Of a stretch of 64,000 nt of DNA, positions 1 to 9,995 are shown piece after piece. The stretch is taken from the NCBI GenBank assembly GCA_027319905.1, contig DAHVMJ010000001.1, positions 64,001-128,000 on the forward strand, read 5' to 3'. Origin of the DNA: Candidatus Micrarchaeota archaeon. Lineage in GTDB: Archaea > Micrarchaeota > Micrarchaeia > Micrarchaeales > CABMGC01. The position numbers and the translations under genes are program-made. A model generated the notes under the pieces. That model saw only the letters and a list, made by a program, of their open reading frames with translations. It was not told the origin of the DNA and did not search any database. The first letter of the stretch is position 1; every line of letters begins with the position of its first letter.

Positions 1-285
1 AGGGCCGTTTTCCACTTCTTTGAAGGAGACGAGAAGCAGGCGGTTGAGCTCTCGAAAAAGGGCTATTTCATCTCGATACCGCCTGCGATGACGGGAAAAA
101 GGAAAAGGATTATAAAGGAGGTCAGCCTAAGTAGCATTGTCGTTGAAACCGATTCGCCAATTGTTGGTGAAACGCCCGCTGATGTAATCGGGGTTTGCGA
201 AACAATCGCAAAGCTGAAGGGCGTTTCCTTGGAAGAAGTCGCGACGAAAACAACAGAAAACATAAGAAGACTGTTTTACATATGA
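1..285 (+). CDS. TatD-family deoxyribonuclease, C-terminal part (5' end outside window)
   Basis: Frame 1 is open from base 1: RAVFHFFEG...GYFISIPP...IVVETDSP...TTENIRRLF, typical TatD motifs. Confidence 0.85.
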   Translation, partial: RAVFHFFEGDEKQAVELSKKGYFISIPPAMTGKRKRIIKEVSLSSIVVETDSPIVGETPADVIGVCETIAKLKGVSLEEVATKTTENIRRLFYI

Positions 286-292
286 CTATCCT

Positions 293-382
293 GGGCTCGT
301 AGCTCAGCTTGGATAGAGCAACAGCCTTCTATGCATGTGCAAAGCAAGCTGAAGGTCGCGGGTTCAAATCCCGCCGGGCCCG
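293..382 (+). tRNA. tRNA-Arg(TCT) with 15-nt intron at 37/38 (332-346)
   Basis: GGGCTCG/CGGGCCC acceptor stem, anticodon TCT at 328-330, T-loop GGTTCAAATCC; removing 332-346 restores a 7-nt anticodon loop. Confidence 0.9.
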
Positions 383-392
383 TGGTGTTTAG

Positions 393-662
393 ATGAAGGA
401 AGACAAGAAGCACGAGGAAACAATCGCACAGGTAAAGCAACAGATTGACATACTGCTGAACGATAACAGCGTGCCGAGAAACGTGAAGGCGGCGCTAGAC
501 GAGGCGAAGAAAGCCTTGTCGCAGGGCGAGGGCAACTATTCTGTAAGATCCTCAACGGCAACGTACAAGATAGACGAGGTAAGCAACGACATCAACCTGC
601 CGCCGTACGCGCGCACGGTAATATGGAACATACTTAGCCTGCTTGAATCCGTAAAGGACTAG
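393..662 (+). CDS. UPF0147 family protein
   Basis: D.SVPRNV and D.NLP.YART.IW motifs. Confidence 0.85.
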   Translation: MKEDKKHEETIAQVKQQIDILLNDNSVPRNVKAALDEAKKALSQGEGNYSVRSSTATYKIDEVSNDINLPPYARTVIWNILSLLESVKD

Positions 663-672
663 TTGTGGTGGC

Positions 673-951
673 ATGGGAGTTGTTTCTGAGAAAACTGACG
701 ACTCTGAACCTGTTTCTCGCCCTATGGGTGGATTGAAACGGGGGATGCAATCTGTGTTTGAAGGGCTGAAAAGGGAGGTTGAAGAAAAAGTTGTTTACAA
801 CGGCAGGGTCAGAGGACCTGTACTGATGGTGGCGGGGTTTGGATTGGCAGCATTCGGAATGCTAAGTCCTAATTTTGTGGTACAGAACGTATCCATACCT
901 GCAGGAGCCATAGCGGTTATTGACGGTACCATGGACTTCGCTTTGGGCTGA
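673..951 (+). CDS. Hypothetical small membrane protein
   Basis: 92-aa ORF with GGTGG upstream and two C-terminal hydrophobic segments. Confidence 0.5.
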   Translation: MGVVSEKTDDSEPVSRPMGGLKRGMQSVFEGLKREVEEKVVYNGRVRGPVLMVAGFGLAAFGMLSPNFVVQNVSIPAGAIAVIDGTMDFALG

Positions 952-956
952 ACGAA

Positions 957-1850
957 CTAAGGAGGCGTATAGCCGCTCACCCACTGGTTTGTATAGCTGA
1001 CACCGCTAGGCACGCCGTTATTATTGTTCCCACTGTAGTCGTTCGCGTTGCCGTTGAGAGGCCACCAGCCCACGAGGTTATCTAGCTTTATCGGCGCACC
1101 GCCGATGCCCTCGACATAGAGCGCATTAACTTCCGAGCTTGTAAGCGAAGTGTTGTAAACCTGAATGTTAGCGATGAACCCAGTTAGGTAGGGATTTCCT
1201 CCTCCTGTGGCGATATCAAAAGACGTTTGAGAGGTCGTGCTTATCGTGTTTGCGACGCTTGCACTGTATACTCTCCCAGATAAACCAACGTATTCTATTT
1301 TGTTGGAGCCATCGTATACGTCTGCAAAGAAAGTCCAGGTATTAGGACCAGTTTGTGTTGCTGATACATCGGTACATCCCCAAGTGTCGAGAACCACACT
1401 GTATGTGGGGTTTGAGCAGCCATTACCGATCCAACCTGCAAATGCGCAGGTAGTACATGTAGTTCCATAGAAAAACAGCATCTCTCCAGAAGACGGTAAA
1501 CTTGAAGAGGTTGAAAGGAACCATCCAGTTACTGTTCTTGGATTAGCACCAGAAGGAAATGCTCCTGTGCTACTCACCACTACGTCTGCACCCCCATTGA
1601 ACTGAGCCACGTACTGCGGCAGCTCCCCACTGCACACGCCCTCGAGGTTAACGTATGTCGCCGTATTCGGTCCGTTAGGCCTCAGTACCTGGCAAGCTCC
1701 TGGCGGAGCATGTGGTGCAAACGTACCTGCATTGAACACTCCTAATTGAAAGAGCGCGCCTAGGACAACAGCTATTATGAGTATAGCCCAGCCGTAGGTC
1801 ATGAGGTACTCCATCGCCGACTGGAGCCTTTTTGAGCCGCGTGCGCGCAT
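957..1850 (-). CDS. Type IV pilin-like (class III signal) LamG/concanavalin-A-fold surface protein, paralog 1
   Basis: KRLQ-SAMEYLMTYGWAILII hydrophobic N-terminus; LamG-like WTFFA...G.IANIQVYNTSL; C-terminal LVGWWPLNGNANDYSG. Confidence 0.85.
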   Translation of the reverse strand: MRARGSKRLQSAMEYLMTYGWAILIIAVVLGALFQLGVFNAGTFAPHAPPGACQVLRPNGPNTATYVNLEGVCSGELPQYVAQFNGGADVVVSSTGAFPSGANPRTVTGWFLSTSSSLPSSGEMLFFYGTTCTTCAFAGWIGNGCSNPTYSVVLDTWGCTDVSATQTGPNTWTFFADVYDGSNKIEYVGLSGRVYSASVANTISTTSQTSFDIATGGGNPYLTGFIANIQVYNTSLTSSEVNALYVEGIGGAPIKLDNLVGWWPLNGNANDYSGNNNNGVPSGVSYTNQWVSGYTPP

Positions 1851-1975
1851 GCACTCCTATCTATTGCGCGCCTAGTTTTAATAACTTCTTTTATCTGCTG
1901 ACAAGCGCTAGCGCGTGAACATTTAAATAAGATTGATTCCAAGAAAGCTAAGCTACTTGTTTTGGGGTTTTCTGC

Positions 1976-3487
1976 TTGGGAAAGGGTACGCTGTTAGAGC
2001 TTGTGTCTAGGCTAAGCGGCAAGGTGATCATAAGCTCTGATATTACCGACGCTGACATCTCGAACAGTGATGTGGAGCCTCTTGTTGCCAGGATTGTAGA
2101 GCGTTATCAAGGTACAAGCAATAGGGTGCTTGATAGGAAGGCGCTTCAAGACGTACTTGCTGGAATGGCGGAAAGAAAAGAGCCGGTACAGATAGAGGTC
2201 ATCAGGTCCGCTGACTTCAAGCCCGCGGCGAAGGATATTGAGCCGGAGTTCAAGGCAAGGGATGTGAGGATAGAACGCACATCCTCGAATGTTAGTGACT
2301 TCGTTGACTACTTCCAGGACAGGTTCTCCAGGGTAAAGGAGATTATAAGATCGTACGGCAACGGCTTCGGGGGCATACTCGGCAGCATAGAGAGCGCGAA
2401 GCAATACATGAGCGGCAGGGACATCGCAGTAGTCGGCATGATCTATGACAAGGTAGTTACCGCGAAGGGCAACGTGATGATAACTCTTGAGGACGAGACG
2501 GGAACGGTAAAGATACTGTTCATGAAGCCGAATAGGAAGCTCAGAGACGAGCAGAACGAACTGTTCGACTCCGCGTCAAAGCTGGTGAAGGACGATGTTA
2601 TAGCGGTCAAGGGCAAGACCTGGAACTCGTTCATAATAGCGAACAGGATGCTGTGGCCAGACGTGCCGGTGCACCAGCTGAACAGGAGCGAGGAAGACGT
2701 TGGCATCGTGCTGCTTTCTGACGTACACGTGGGCCACAAGCTCTTCATGGAGAAGTCGTTCGCCAAGTTTCTCGAGTGGATAAACGGGAGCGTCGACTAC
2801 AGGAAGGACCTGGCGGCGAAGATAAAGTACCTTGTTGTCGCAGGTGATCTCGTGGATGGCATAGGCATTTACCCGGAGCAGGACAAGGAACTGATGATAG
2901 ATGACATCTACAAGCAGTATTCCGTGTTCTTCGACTTCATGGAGAGTGTGCCGGACTACATAGAGACGTTCATAATACCGGGCAACCACGACGCGGTCCA
3001 AAGAGCTGAACCGCAGCCGCAGATAGGAAACGGTTTCCTCAAAGACTTCAAGCGGGAAAACGTGCACATGATGACCAATCCCTGCTACCTGAACCTGCAC
3101 GGGGTCAAGATACTCGCATACCACGGCACCTCTCTCGATTCTGTCATAAGGGGCATACCGGGATGCAGCTACAGCTCACCCACCGACGCCATGCGTGAGA
3201 TACTCAAACGCAGGCACCTTTCTCCCATATACGGAGGCAACATAGTGGTGCCGAGCAAGAACGATGCGCTCGTGATAAACGAGGTGCCAGACATACTCCA
3301 CATGGGCCACATACACAAGAACGGCTACGATGGCTATCACGGCACGCTGCTGATAAACAGCGGCACCTGGCAGGCGAGGACGGGATACCAAATAAAGCAG
3401 GGCCATGTGCCGTCGCCCGGGCTCCTGCCAGTATACGAGGCCAACAGCGGCCGCATAAACGTCATGGACTTCAACGAACTGCAGTGA
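1976..3487 (+). CDS. polB: DNA polymerase D small (proofreading) subunit DP1
   Basis: OB fold plus phosphoesterase motifs SDVHVG, GDLVDGIGIYP, PGNHD, YHG, GHIH; coupled to DP2; TTG start. Confidence 0.95.
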   Translation: MGKGTLLELVSRLSGKVIISSDITDADISNSDVEPLVARIVERYQGTSNRVLDRKALQDVLAGMAERKEPVQIEVIRSADFKPAAKDIEPEFKARDVRIERTSSNVSDFVDYFQDRFSRVKEIIRSYGNGFGGILGSIESAKQYMSGRDIAVVGMIYDKVVTAKGNVMITLEDETGTVKILFMKPNRKLRDEQNELFDSASKLVKDDVIAVKGKTWNSFIIANRMLWPDVPVHQLNRSEEDVGIVLLSDVHVGHKLFMEKSFAKFLEWINGSVDYRKDLAAKIKYLVVAGDLVDGIGIYPEQDKELMIDDIYKQYSVFFDFMESVPDYIETFIIPGNHDAVQRAEPQPQIGNGFLKDFKRENVHMMTNPCYLNLHGVKILAYHGTSLDSVIRGIPGCSYSSPTDAMREILKRRHLSPIYGGNIVVPSKNDALVINEVPDILHMGHIHKNGYDGYHGTLLINSGTWQARTGYQIKQGHVPSPGLLPVYEANSGRINVMDFNELQ

Positions 3488-6400
3488 TATTTGTGAACAA
3501 CGAAGAGTATTTCGCGGAACTGGAAAAGAGGTTCACTTCTGCTTTCGACGTGGCGAGCAGGGCGCGGGCTGTAGGATTGGACCCCAAGCCCTATGTGGAG
3601 ATAAAGGTTGCACCTGATATCGCCGGAAAGGTTGAAGGGCTGATAGGCGTGCAGGGCATCGCCGATCTCATAAGAGAGAACCAAAAGGGCAGGACAAGAA
3701 GCGAGCTTGTCTTCGCAACAATAAAGGAGATATGTACAAACGAACAGTTTGCATCCTACGAGACGATAAAACGCATCGAGCTTGCTGTCAAGGTCGCCCT
3801 GGCAATTATGACCGACGGAGTGCTTGTAGCACCGACAGAAGGGCTGCAGTACGTATCACACTACAAGAATCAGGACAACTCCGATTACATAGCGGTATTC
3901 TACGCTGGCCCGATAAGAAGCGCGGGGGGCACGTCGGTGGCAATGTCTGTGGCTTTTGCAGATTATGCTAGAAAGTTTTTCAACATAGGAGACTACAAAG
4001 CCACGAAGGACGAGATCGAGAGATACGTAGAGGAGGTCGAGATCTACCACGAACGCGTGGTGCCGCTGCAGTACAAACCGCACCCTGAGGAGATACGCAC
4101 CATTGTAAGCAACTGCCCAGTGTGCGTAGAGGGCGTGCCCACTGAGGATATGGAGATAAGCGTACACGCCAACCTGTCGAGGATAGGATTCGGAGGTAAG
4201 AGCGTGCCGATAAGCAACCGCATACGCGGGGGAGTGCCTCTCGTGATCAGCAGCATAGCCCAGAAGGCAAAGAGCGTCTCCAGGGAGGTGAAGAAAGCGG
4301 GCCTTGATTGGAGCTGGCTTGACGGCATAATCAAGATAGACAAAGCAAAGAAGCCGGAAGACGGGCAGAAGAACGAAACCGCCGTCTTTCTTGAGAAACT
4401 GGTAGCTGGCAGGCCTGTGCTTGCATACCCGAAACACTTCGGCGGCTTTAGACTGAGATACGGAAGAAGCAGGATGACGGGCATAGCAGCAAAGGGCTTC
4501 AGCCCAGCGACCATGATAGTGCTTGATGACTTCATAGCTGTGGGGACGCAGCTTATGATAGAACTGCCTGGAAAGGGGTGCGTGGCCGCGCCCGTGGATT
4601 CGATAGAGGGACCGTTCGTGAAGCTGCGCTCAGGCGAGACGCTGCGCATCGACGACGCTGAAACGGCGTCAAAACTCAAGAACGAGATAGTGAAAATAGT
4701 CTCGCTCGGTGACATACTTGTGACCTACGGTGATTTCAAGAAGACGAACACGCCGCTGCAGCCAAGCAGCTATGTGGAAGAGCTGTGGGGCGCAGAACTC
4801 GAAGCAGCGGGAGGCAGAGTGACAAAGGAGGCACACAAGAGCATGAGTTTCGAAGACGCGTTCGCAACCTCGCTAAAGTACAACGTTCCGTTGCACCCTA
4901 GGTTCCTTTTTGAGTTCCAAGCTGTGAGCGAGGAACAGCTCAGGCTGCTGGTGCAGGTGATAGCGAAGAGTGCAGATCCGAAGAAGAACCTTTTCCAGAC
5001 CGATGGGCTGTTGTTGAACGACGCTGCAGGCAACGAACAACTTAACGATGCGTTAGAGCTGCTGATGGTGCCCACAAAACCTGATGGCGATAATATAAAG
5101 ATAGCCAAGGATTATGCACAAAGCCTGCTTGTTTCGTTCGGCTTCGTTCAGGACAAGGAGGGCAACATAAACATCGAGATAGCGGACAGGTACGAGAAGA
5201 TGGAAGGTGCGCTCGCGCTGGTAAACGAACTGTCGATCATCAAGCTGATGAAGAGGAGCACATTCATAGGCGCGAGGATAGGCAGGCCTGAGAAGGCTGG
5301 GGAGAGGCTGATGGTTCCGGCGCCGAACGTCCTGTTTCCTGTGGGGTATGAAGGGGGAAAGGAGAGGAATATTGCAGCGGCATCTACAGCGGAATCGAAA
5401 AAGTTCGGTGTGCAGGGAGTGAGGATAGAGCTGGCGAGATATGTCTGCAAGAACTGCGGAAGCAGGCTTGATTCGCCGTGGTGCTACAATTGCAACATGC
5501 ACGCTATCGTAGAGCACGTGTGCACGAAGTGCGGCACAAAGCAGGAAGGCGAGATTTGCGTGAGATGCGGGAGCGAGACACAGGCGTACGAGCAGCGGGA
5601 TGTCAATTTCTCTGGGCTTGTCACCAACGCTGTTACGCGGCTTGGATCGCCGAGACTGCCCAAAGTGGTGAAGGGCGTGAAGGGGCTCATGAACAAGAGC
5701 AAGATTGCAGAACCGGTCGAGAAGGGAATACTGCGTTCAATGTTCAACGTCTTCATATTCAAGGACGGCACCGCACGCTTCGACGCTACTGACATGCCGA
5801 TAACACACTTCTATCCCAGGGAGGTTGGAACCTCGGTAGAGAGGCTCAGGGAGATGGGGTATGACAAGGACCATGAGGGCAAACCGCTTGAGAAAGACAA
5901 CCAACTGCTGGAGCTGAAGCACCAGGACGTGATAGTGAACAAGAAAGGCGCAGAGTATCTCTTCAGCATATCCAGATTCACCGATGATATGCTGCAGAGG
6001 CTCTATGGTCTGCCCGCCTACTACAACGCAAACAGCTCTCAGGATCTGGTAGGCCAGCTTGTGCTGACGCTCTCGCCGCACACCTCGTGTGCGGTGCTAA
6101 ATAGGATAGTTGGCTTCACCGATGCCAACGTCGGGTTCGCTCATCCGTACACCATCTGTGCCAGAAGAAGAAACGCCGATGGAGACGAGGACACGACGAT
6201 GTTGCTGCTTGATGCACTTATCAACTTCTCCAGAGAGTACCTGCCGGTGAGCATAGGCGGCACGATGGACGAGCCGCTGCTCCTAACAACCAGAGTGAAA
6301 CCAGAGGAGGTGGATGATGAGGTGCACGCGATGGAGGTAACGGGAGATTACGGCCTGGAGTTCTACAGCAAAACTTTTGCGGGCACGCCTCCGTCGGAGG

Positions 6401-6945
6401 CGAAGGTAGAGCTTGTGGAGAACAGGTTGGGAACGAGCGACGCCTATAAGAACCTGAGATTCACGCATGATTCTTCGGTAAACGCGATAAAGAACTCGCC
6501 AAAGAAGAGCATCTACACAGTGCTCAAGACCATGGATGAGAAGATAGAGAGCGAGTTCAGGATAATGGACATGCTCGAATCGATCGACAAGCGCGACGCT
6601 GCCAGGAGGCTGATAAACGGCCACTTCATACGTGACCTCATCGGCAACCTGCATTCTTTCTCGAGGCAGCAGTTCAGGTGCGCGAGTTGCAATGCAAAGT
6701 ACAGGAGGGTGCCGCTTAGCGGCAAGTGCACGCGCTGCGGAGGCAAGCTTCTGTTGACGATATCAAAGGGAAGCATAGAGAAGTATCTCAACACTTCGAT
6801 CAGGCTCGCCGATAGGTACAACCTTGATATCTACACGAAGCAGAGGCTCCAGCTGATAAAAGACGAGATAGACAATCTCTTCGGCAGCCTTGAGCTCAAC
6901 GTGGAGGAGAACCGTGGGCAGTTCAACCTGGTCAACTTCATGTGA
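3484..6945 (+). CDS. polC: DNA polymerase D large subunit DP2
   Basis: YAGPIRSAGGT, GGFRLRYGRSR, RRNADGDED catalytic motif, Zn fingers; no intein evident. Confidence 0.97.
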   Translation: MIFVNNEEYFAELEKRFTSAFDVASRARAVGLDPKPYVEIKVAPDIAGKVEGLIGVQGIADLIRENQKGRTRSELVFATIKEICTNEQFASYETIKRIELAVKVALAIMTDGVLVAPTEGLQYVSHYKNQDNSDYIAVFYAGPIRSAGGTSVAMSVAFADYARKFFNIGDYKATKDEIERYVEEVEIYHERVVPLQYKPHPEEIRTIVSNCPVCVEGVPTEDMEISVHANLSRIGFGGKSVPISNRIRGGVPLVISSIAQKAKSVSREVKKAGLDWSWLDGIIKIDKAKKPEDGQKNETAVFLEKLVAGRPVLAYPKHFGGFRLRYGRSRMTGIAAKGFSPATMIVLDDFIAVGTQLMIELPGKGCVAAPVDSIEGPFVKLRSGETLRIDDAETASKLKNEIVKIVSLGDILVTYGDFKKTNTPLQPSSYVEELWGAELEAAGGRVTKEAHKSMSFEDAFATSLKYNVPLHPRFLFEFQAVSEEQLRLLVQVIAKSADPKKNLFQTDGLLLNDAAGNEQLNDALELLMVPTKPDGDNIKIAKDYAQSLLVSFGFVQDKEGNINIEIADRYEKMEGALALVNELSIIKLMKRSTFIGARIGRPEKAGERLMVPAPNVLFPVGYEGGKERNIAAASTAESKKFGVQGVRIELARYVCKNCGSRLDSPWCYNCNMHAIVEHVCTKCGTKQEGEICVRCGSETQAYEQRDVNFSGLVTNAVTRLGSPRLPKVVKGVKGLMNKSKIAEPVEKGILRSMFNVFIFKDGTARFDATDMPITHFYPREVGTSVERLREMGYDKDHEGKPLEKDNQLLELKHQDVIVNKKGAEYLFSISRFTDDMLQRLYGLPAYYNANSSQDLVGQLVLTLSPHTSCAVLNRIVGFTDANVGFAHPYTICARRRNADGDEDTTMLLLDALINFSREYLPVSIGGTMDEPLLLTTRVKPEEVDDEVHAMEVTGDYGLEFYSKTFAGTPPSEAKVELVENRLGTSDAYKNLRFTHDSSVNAIKNSPKKSIYTVLKTMDEKIESEFRIMDMLESIDKRDAARRLINGHFIRDLIGNLHSFSRQQFRCASCNAKYRRVPLSGKCTRCGGKLLLTISKGSIEKYLNTSIRLADRYNLDIYTKQRLQLIKDEIDNLFGSLELNVEENRGQFNLVNFM

Positions 6946-6957
6946 ACCTATTATGCG

Positions 6958-7470
6958 TCAGACGAGATACTTTTCAATTATGTAGGCCTTGGCGTCCTTG
7001 AGCAGTTGTTGTTGGTTCTCGAACCTTGCCCTCTCTATTGCTTTGTCGACCGGGAGAAAATAGTATCTTTTGTGTTCCTGAGAGAGCGTGATCTGTTTTT
7101 TCTCATTCGTATGCATAAAAGCGAGGAAAAACACAACTCTTTTGTGGATCAGTGTGTTGCGATCTGTCCTAGAAGGCTTCTCTGTATACACGTACTGGTT
7201 CTCTTCCCTAAATCCCGTGTCCAGGTGAAGGGGCAGACCTATTTCCTCCCTTATCTCGCGATGCGCTGCCTGCATCAGTGTTTCTCCTTTCTCCACATGG
7301 CCCTTCGGCATGTCAAACCACTCTTCGCCCGTTTCGTTGTTCTGAACCAGCGCGAGAACCATTATCTCTTGCTTTTCCACGTAGAAGACTACGGCGCCAG
7401 CTGAGACCTCGTTTACCGCCTTTGTTTTTTCCCTACTTCGAGTTGTTCTTGATCGCTTCTTCAAGTACAT
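6958..7470 (-). CDS. NUDIX hydrolase (Ap4A hydrolase-like)
   Basis: Nudix box PKGHVEKGETLMQAAHREIREEIG; SAGAVV and LSQEH motifs; start uncertain (overlaps upstream gene). Confidence 0.85.
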   Translation of the reverse strand: MYLKKRSRTTRSREKTKAVNEVSAGAVVFYVEKQEIMVLALVQNNETGEEWFDMPKGHVEKGETLMQAAHREIREEIGLPLHLDTGFREENQYVYTEKPSRTDRNTLIHKRVVFFLAFMHTNEKKQITLSQEHKRYYFLPVDKAIERARFENQQQLLKDAKAYIIEKYLV

Positions 7471-8740
7471 CGAGCCCCTTGTCTATGTTACTTTCCAGTA
7501 TAGTCAGAGGTGGTATGATCCTGATTGTAGAGCTGCCTGCAGGAAGGACCACCAACCCTTTGTTGAAGCAGTCCACTATTATACTGTCGCGCTCTTTCGT
7601 AGCGTACTCCTTGCCCTCCTTCGACTTTACGAACTCAACCCCTATCATCAGCCCCATGCCGCGAACGTCGCCCACCAACTCGTATGTTTCCTTCATCTCA
7701 TTCATTCTCTTCATTATCTTGGCTCCCTTCCTTGCGATGCTGCGTTCGAGTCCGCGCCTGTTGCGTTTGATGTAATCGAGAGACGCTGTCGCTGCCGCTG
7801 ACGCGACGAGGTTTCCGCCAAATGTGCCTGCATGCGATCCTGCGGGGGTATCGCCCAGCGACTTTCTGGCCACGGTTGCAGCAAGAGGGAAACCTGCACC
7901 AAAAGACTTCGCAAACGTGTATATGTCGGCTACGGTGCCGAAGTTGCTGAGTGCAAGGAACTTGCCCGTTCGCATGTAGCCCGCCTGTATCTCATCGTCC
8001 ACGAGAAGTATGCCGTGCTCGTCGGCCAGTTTTCTAAGTTCCTTGAAGAAGCCCCTTGGAGGTACTACGTAGCCACCCTCGCCCTGTATGGGCTCGAAGA
8101 ATATCGCAGCGACCTCGTTCGGCGGGACCTCCTTTCCGAGGATGTTCCTTTCGATAAAGTCTATGCTTGCCTGTGAGCATTCCTCTGGGCTGCCGTTGAA
8201 TCTGTAGGGGTCGGGATATGGAGCGTGCGAGACGTTCACGAAAGGGCCGAAGTGCGCCCTGTGGGACGTCTTCGATGCGGTGAGTCCGAGGGCGCCAATA
8301 GACCTCCCGTGGAAGGCACCGTAGAACGCTATTATGTGGCGCCTCTTTGTGAAGAGCTTGACGAGCTTTATGGCGTCTTCGTTTGCCTCAGTGCCTGAGT
8401 TTGAGAAGAAGACACGGCCGAATCCTGGAGGGAGCATACCTACAAGCTTCTCCGCAAGCTCAACCGGGGCCTCTTCATAGTAGTCCATGAACATGCCGTG
8501 CATCAGCCTATCAATCTGCTTCTTTGCTGCGTTTCGTATCTGTGCGTTTGCATTAACTCCCAGATTGTAGCAGCTAACGAAGCTTGAGAAATCGATAAAC
8601 CTGTTGCCCTCTATGTCGAAGACATGGTCGCCATTTCCGTGATCTGCAACGAAAGGAAAATCTTCACGGGTAGTGGTGAAGATTACTTTGCTGTCTCTCC
8701 TTATCACGTCCCTTATCCTCTTTCCTATTTTGACCTGCAT
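7433..8740 (-). CDS. Class III PLP aminotransferase (ornithine/4-aminobutyrate type)
   Basis: NSGTEANE, AFHGR, EPIQGEGG, DEIQAG, FAKS (PLP lysine), HAGTFGGN. Confidence 0.9.
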   Translation of the reverse strand: MQVKIGKRIRDVIRRDSKVIFTTTREDFPFVADHGNGDHVFDIEGNRFIDFSSFVSCYNLGVNANAQIRNAAKKQIDRLMHGMFMDYYEEAPVELAEKLVGMLPPGFGRVFFSNSGTEANEDAIKLVKLFTKRRHIIAFYGAFHGRSIGALGLTASKTSHRAHFGPFVNVSHAPYPDPYRFNGSPEECSQASIDFIERNILGKEVPPNEVAAIFFEPIQGEGGYVVPPRGFFKELRKLADEHGILLVDDEIQAGYMRTGKFLALSNFGTVADIYTFAKSFGAGFPLAATVARKSLGDTPAGSHAGTFGGNLVASAAATASLDYIKRNRRGLERSIARKGAKIMKRMNEMKETYELVGDVRGMGLMIGVEFVKSKEGKEYATKERDSIIVDCFNKGLVVLPAGSSTIRIIPPLTILESNIDKGLDVLEEAIKNNSK

Positions 8741-8803
8741 TTAAACAGATTAACAATATTCGAAAGGGTTTATATTATCTTTCAGGGGGACGCTCGACGC
8801 TTG

Positions 8804-9697
8804 TTATGGAGGAGTGTACCCGCCTGCCCACTGGTTTGTGTATGTGACTCCACTCGGCACAGCGTTGTTGTTGTTTCCGCTGTAGTCGTTGGCGTTGCCG
8901 TTGAGCGGCCACCAGCCCACGATATTCTGAAGATTGAGGGGCGCGCCTCCAATTCCCTCGGTGTAGAGGTACTGTATCTCGTTGGCTGAGAGGCTTGTGT
9001 TGTATATCTGTATTCCAGCGATCATTCCTACTCCGGCAGGTGAACCGCCGTCTTCAATTCCTATATTTAGAATGTCTGTAGAAGATATGCTCGGGGCCCC
9101 AAGTGTGATTGCCGGATACTGATACGAATTCAAATATAGCGTCAACGTTGTCCCGCTTAGGGTTCCAGCCATGAAGTTCCATTGATCGAGTTGGATCGTG
9201 GGACCCGAACTCGGGGTACCATCGTTGCACCAGTTCTCGAACCTAGGGCGAAGGCTTCCGCTGCTGTTATCTACACACAGTACAGCCCCCTGCGAGCATC
9301 CTTGATGGTAAGACACGGCTAAGGCGCAATAATTATTGCCTCCGATCGCTTCTGGATAGACCCAATACGTTATTGTGGCTGTGTTTCCACTTAGAATCTG
9401 CGTATTTGAAGCTGATGCATATGAAGACCAGCTGGTGGTTGTTGTGGGATTAACAAATACGCCAACATACTGTGGGAGCTCTCCGTTGCACACGCCCTCT
9501 AGATTGATGAAATGTGCGCTATTTGGCCCATTCGGTCTGAAGACCTGGCAGGCCCCGGGCGGAGCTCTTGGCGCAAACGTGCCTGCATTGAACACTCCTA
9601 GTTGGAAGAGTGCACCCAGGACAACCGCGATGATGAGTATGGCCCACCCGTAGGTCATCAGGTACTCCATCGCCGACTGGAGCCTCTTTAGGCGCAT
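8804..9697 (-). CDS. Type IV pilin-like LamG surface protein, paralog 2
   Basis: Same N- and C-terminal blocks as 957-1850, different central domain. Confidence 0.85.
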   Translation of the reverse strand: MRLKRLQSAMEYLMTYGWAILIIAVVLGALFQLGVFNAGTFAPRAPPGACQVFRPNGPNSAHFINLEGVCNGELPQYVGVFVNPTTTTSWSSYASASNTQILSGNTATITYWVYPEAIGGNNYCALAVSYHQGCSQGAVLCVDNSSGSLRPRFENWCNDGTPSSGPTIQLDQWNFMAGTLSGTTLTLYLNSYQYPAITLGAPSISSTDILNIGIEDGGSPAGVGMIAGIQIYNTSLSANEIQYLYTEGIGGAPLNLQNIVGWWPLNGNANDYSGNNNNAVPSGVTYTNQWAGGYTPP

Positions 9698-9740
9698 GTC
9701 CTAACTAAGTGTTTGACAACTTTTATGCTTTGTGGCGATT

Positions 9741-9980
9741 CTACTTGGAAAGCTTGCTTGCCTCTATCTCGAGCGCCCTGGCAAGCTGCTCCTTGCTTGC
9801 CGGGTCTATTTTCTCTGACAGGAATTCGAGATGCTTAATGTTGCATCTCCTCTCCTTCAGCCTGACCGAGGTAACAACGTTCACAAAATTAGCGTCAACA
9901 ATCTTGGTTACCACTGCCCTCTTGCCCGCGTCCCTGCCGAACTTCTTCACACACACTCTGCCTGATTCAATCAAAGCCAT
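9741..9980 (-). CDS. rpl14e: 50S ribosomal protein L14e
   Basis: GRVCVKKFGRDAGK, RRCNIKHLE. Confidence 0.93.
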   Translation of the reverse strand: MALIESGRVCVKKFGRDAGKRAVVTKIVDANFVNVVTSVRLKERRCNIKHLEFLSEKIDPASKEQLARALEIEASKLSK

Positions 9981-9995
9981 ATACTTACCCTTGTT

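Noticed and set aside
3484..6945. Intein in DP2 (also considered for cdc6, gyrA/gyrB and lhr)
   Set aside because: Lengths are normal and no intein splice-junction or LAGLIDADG blocks were seen
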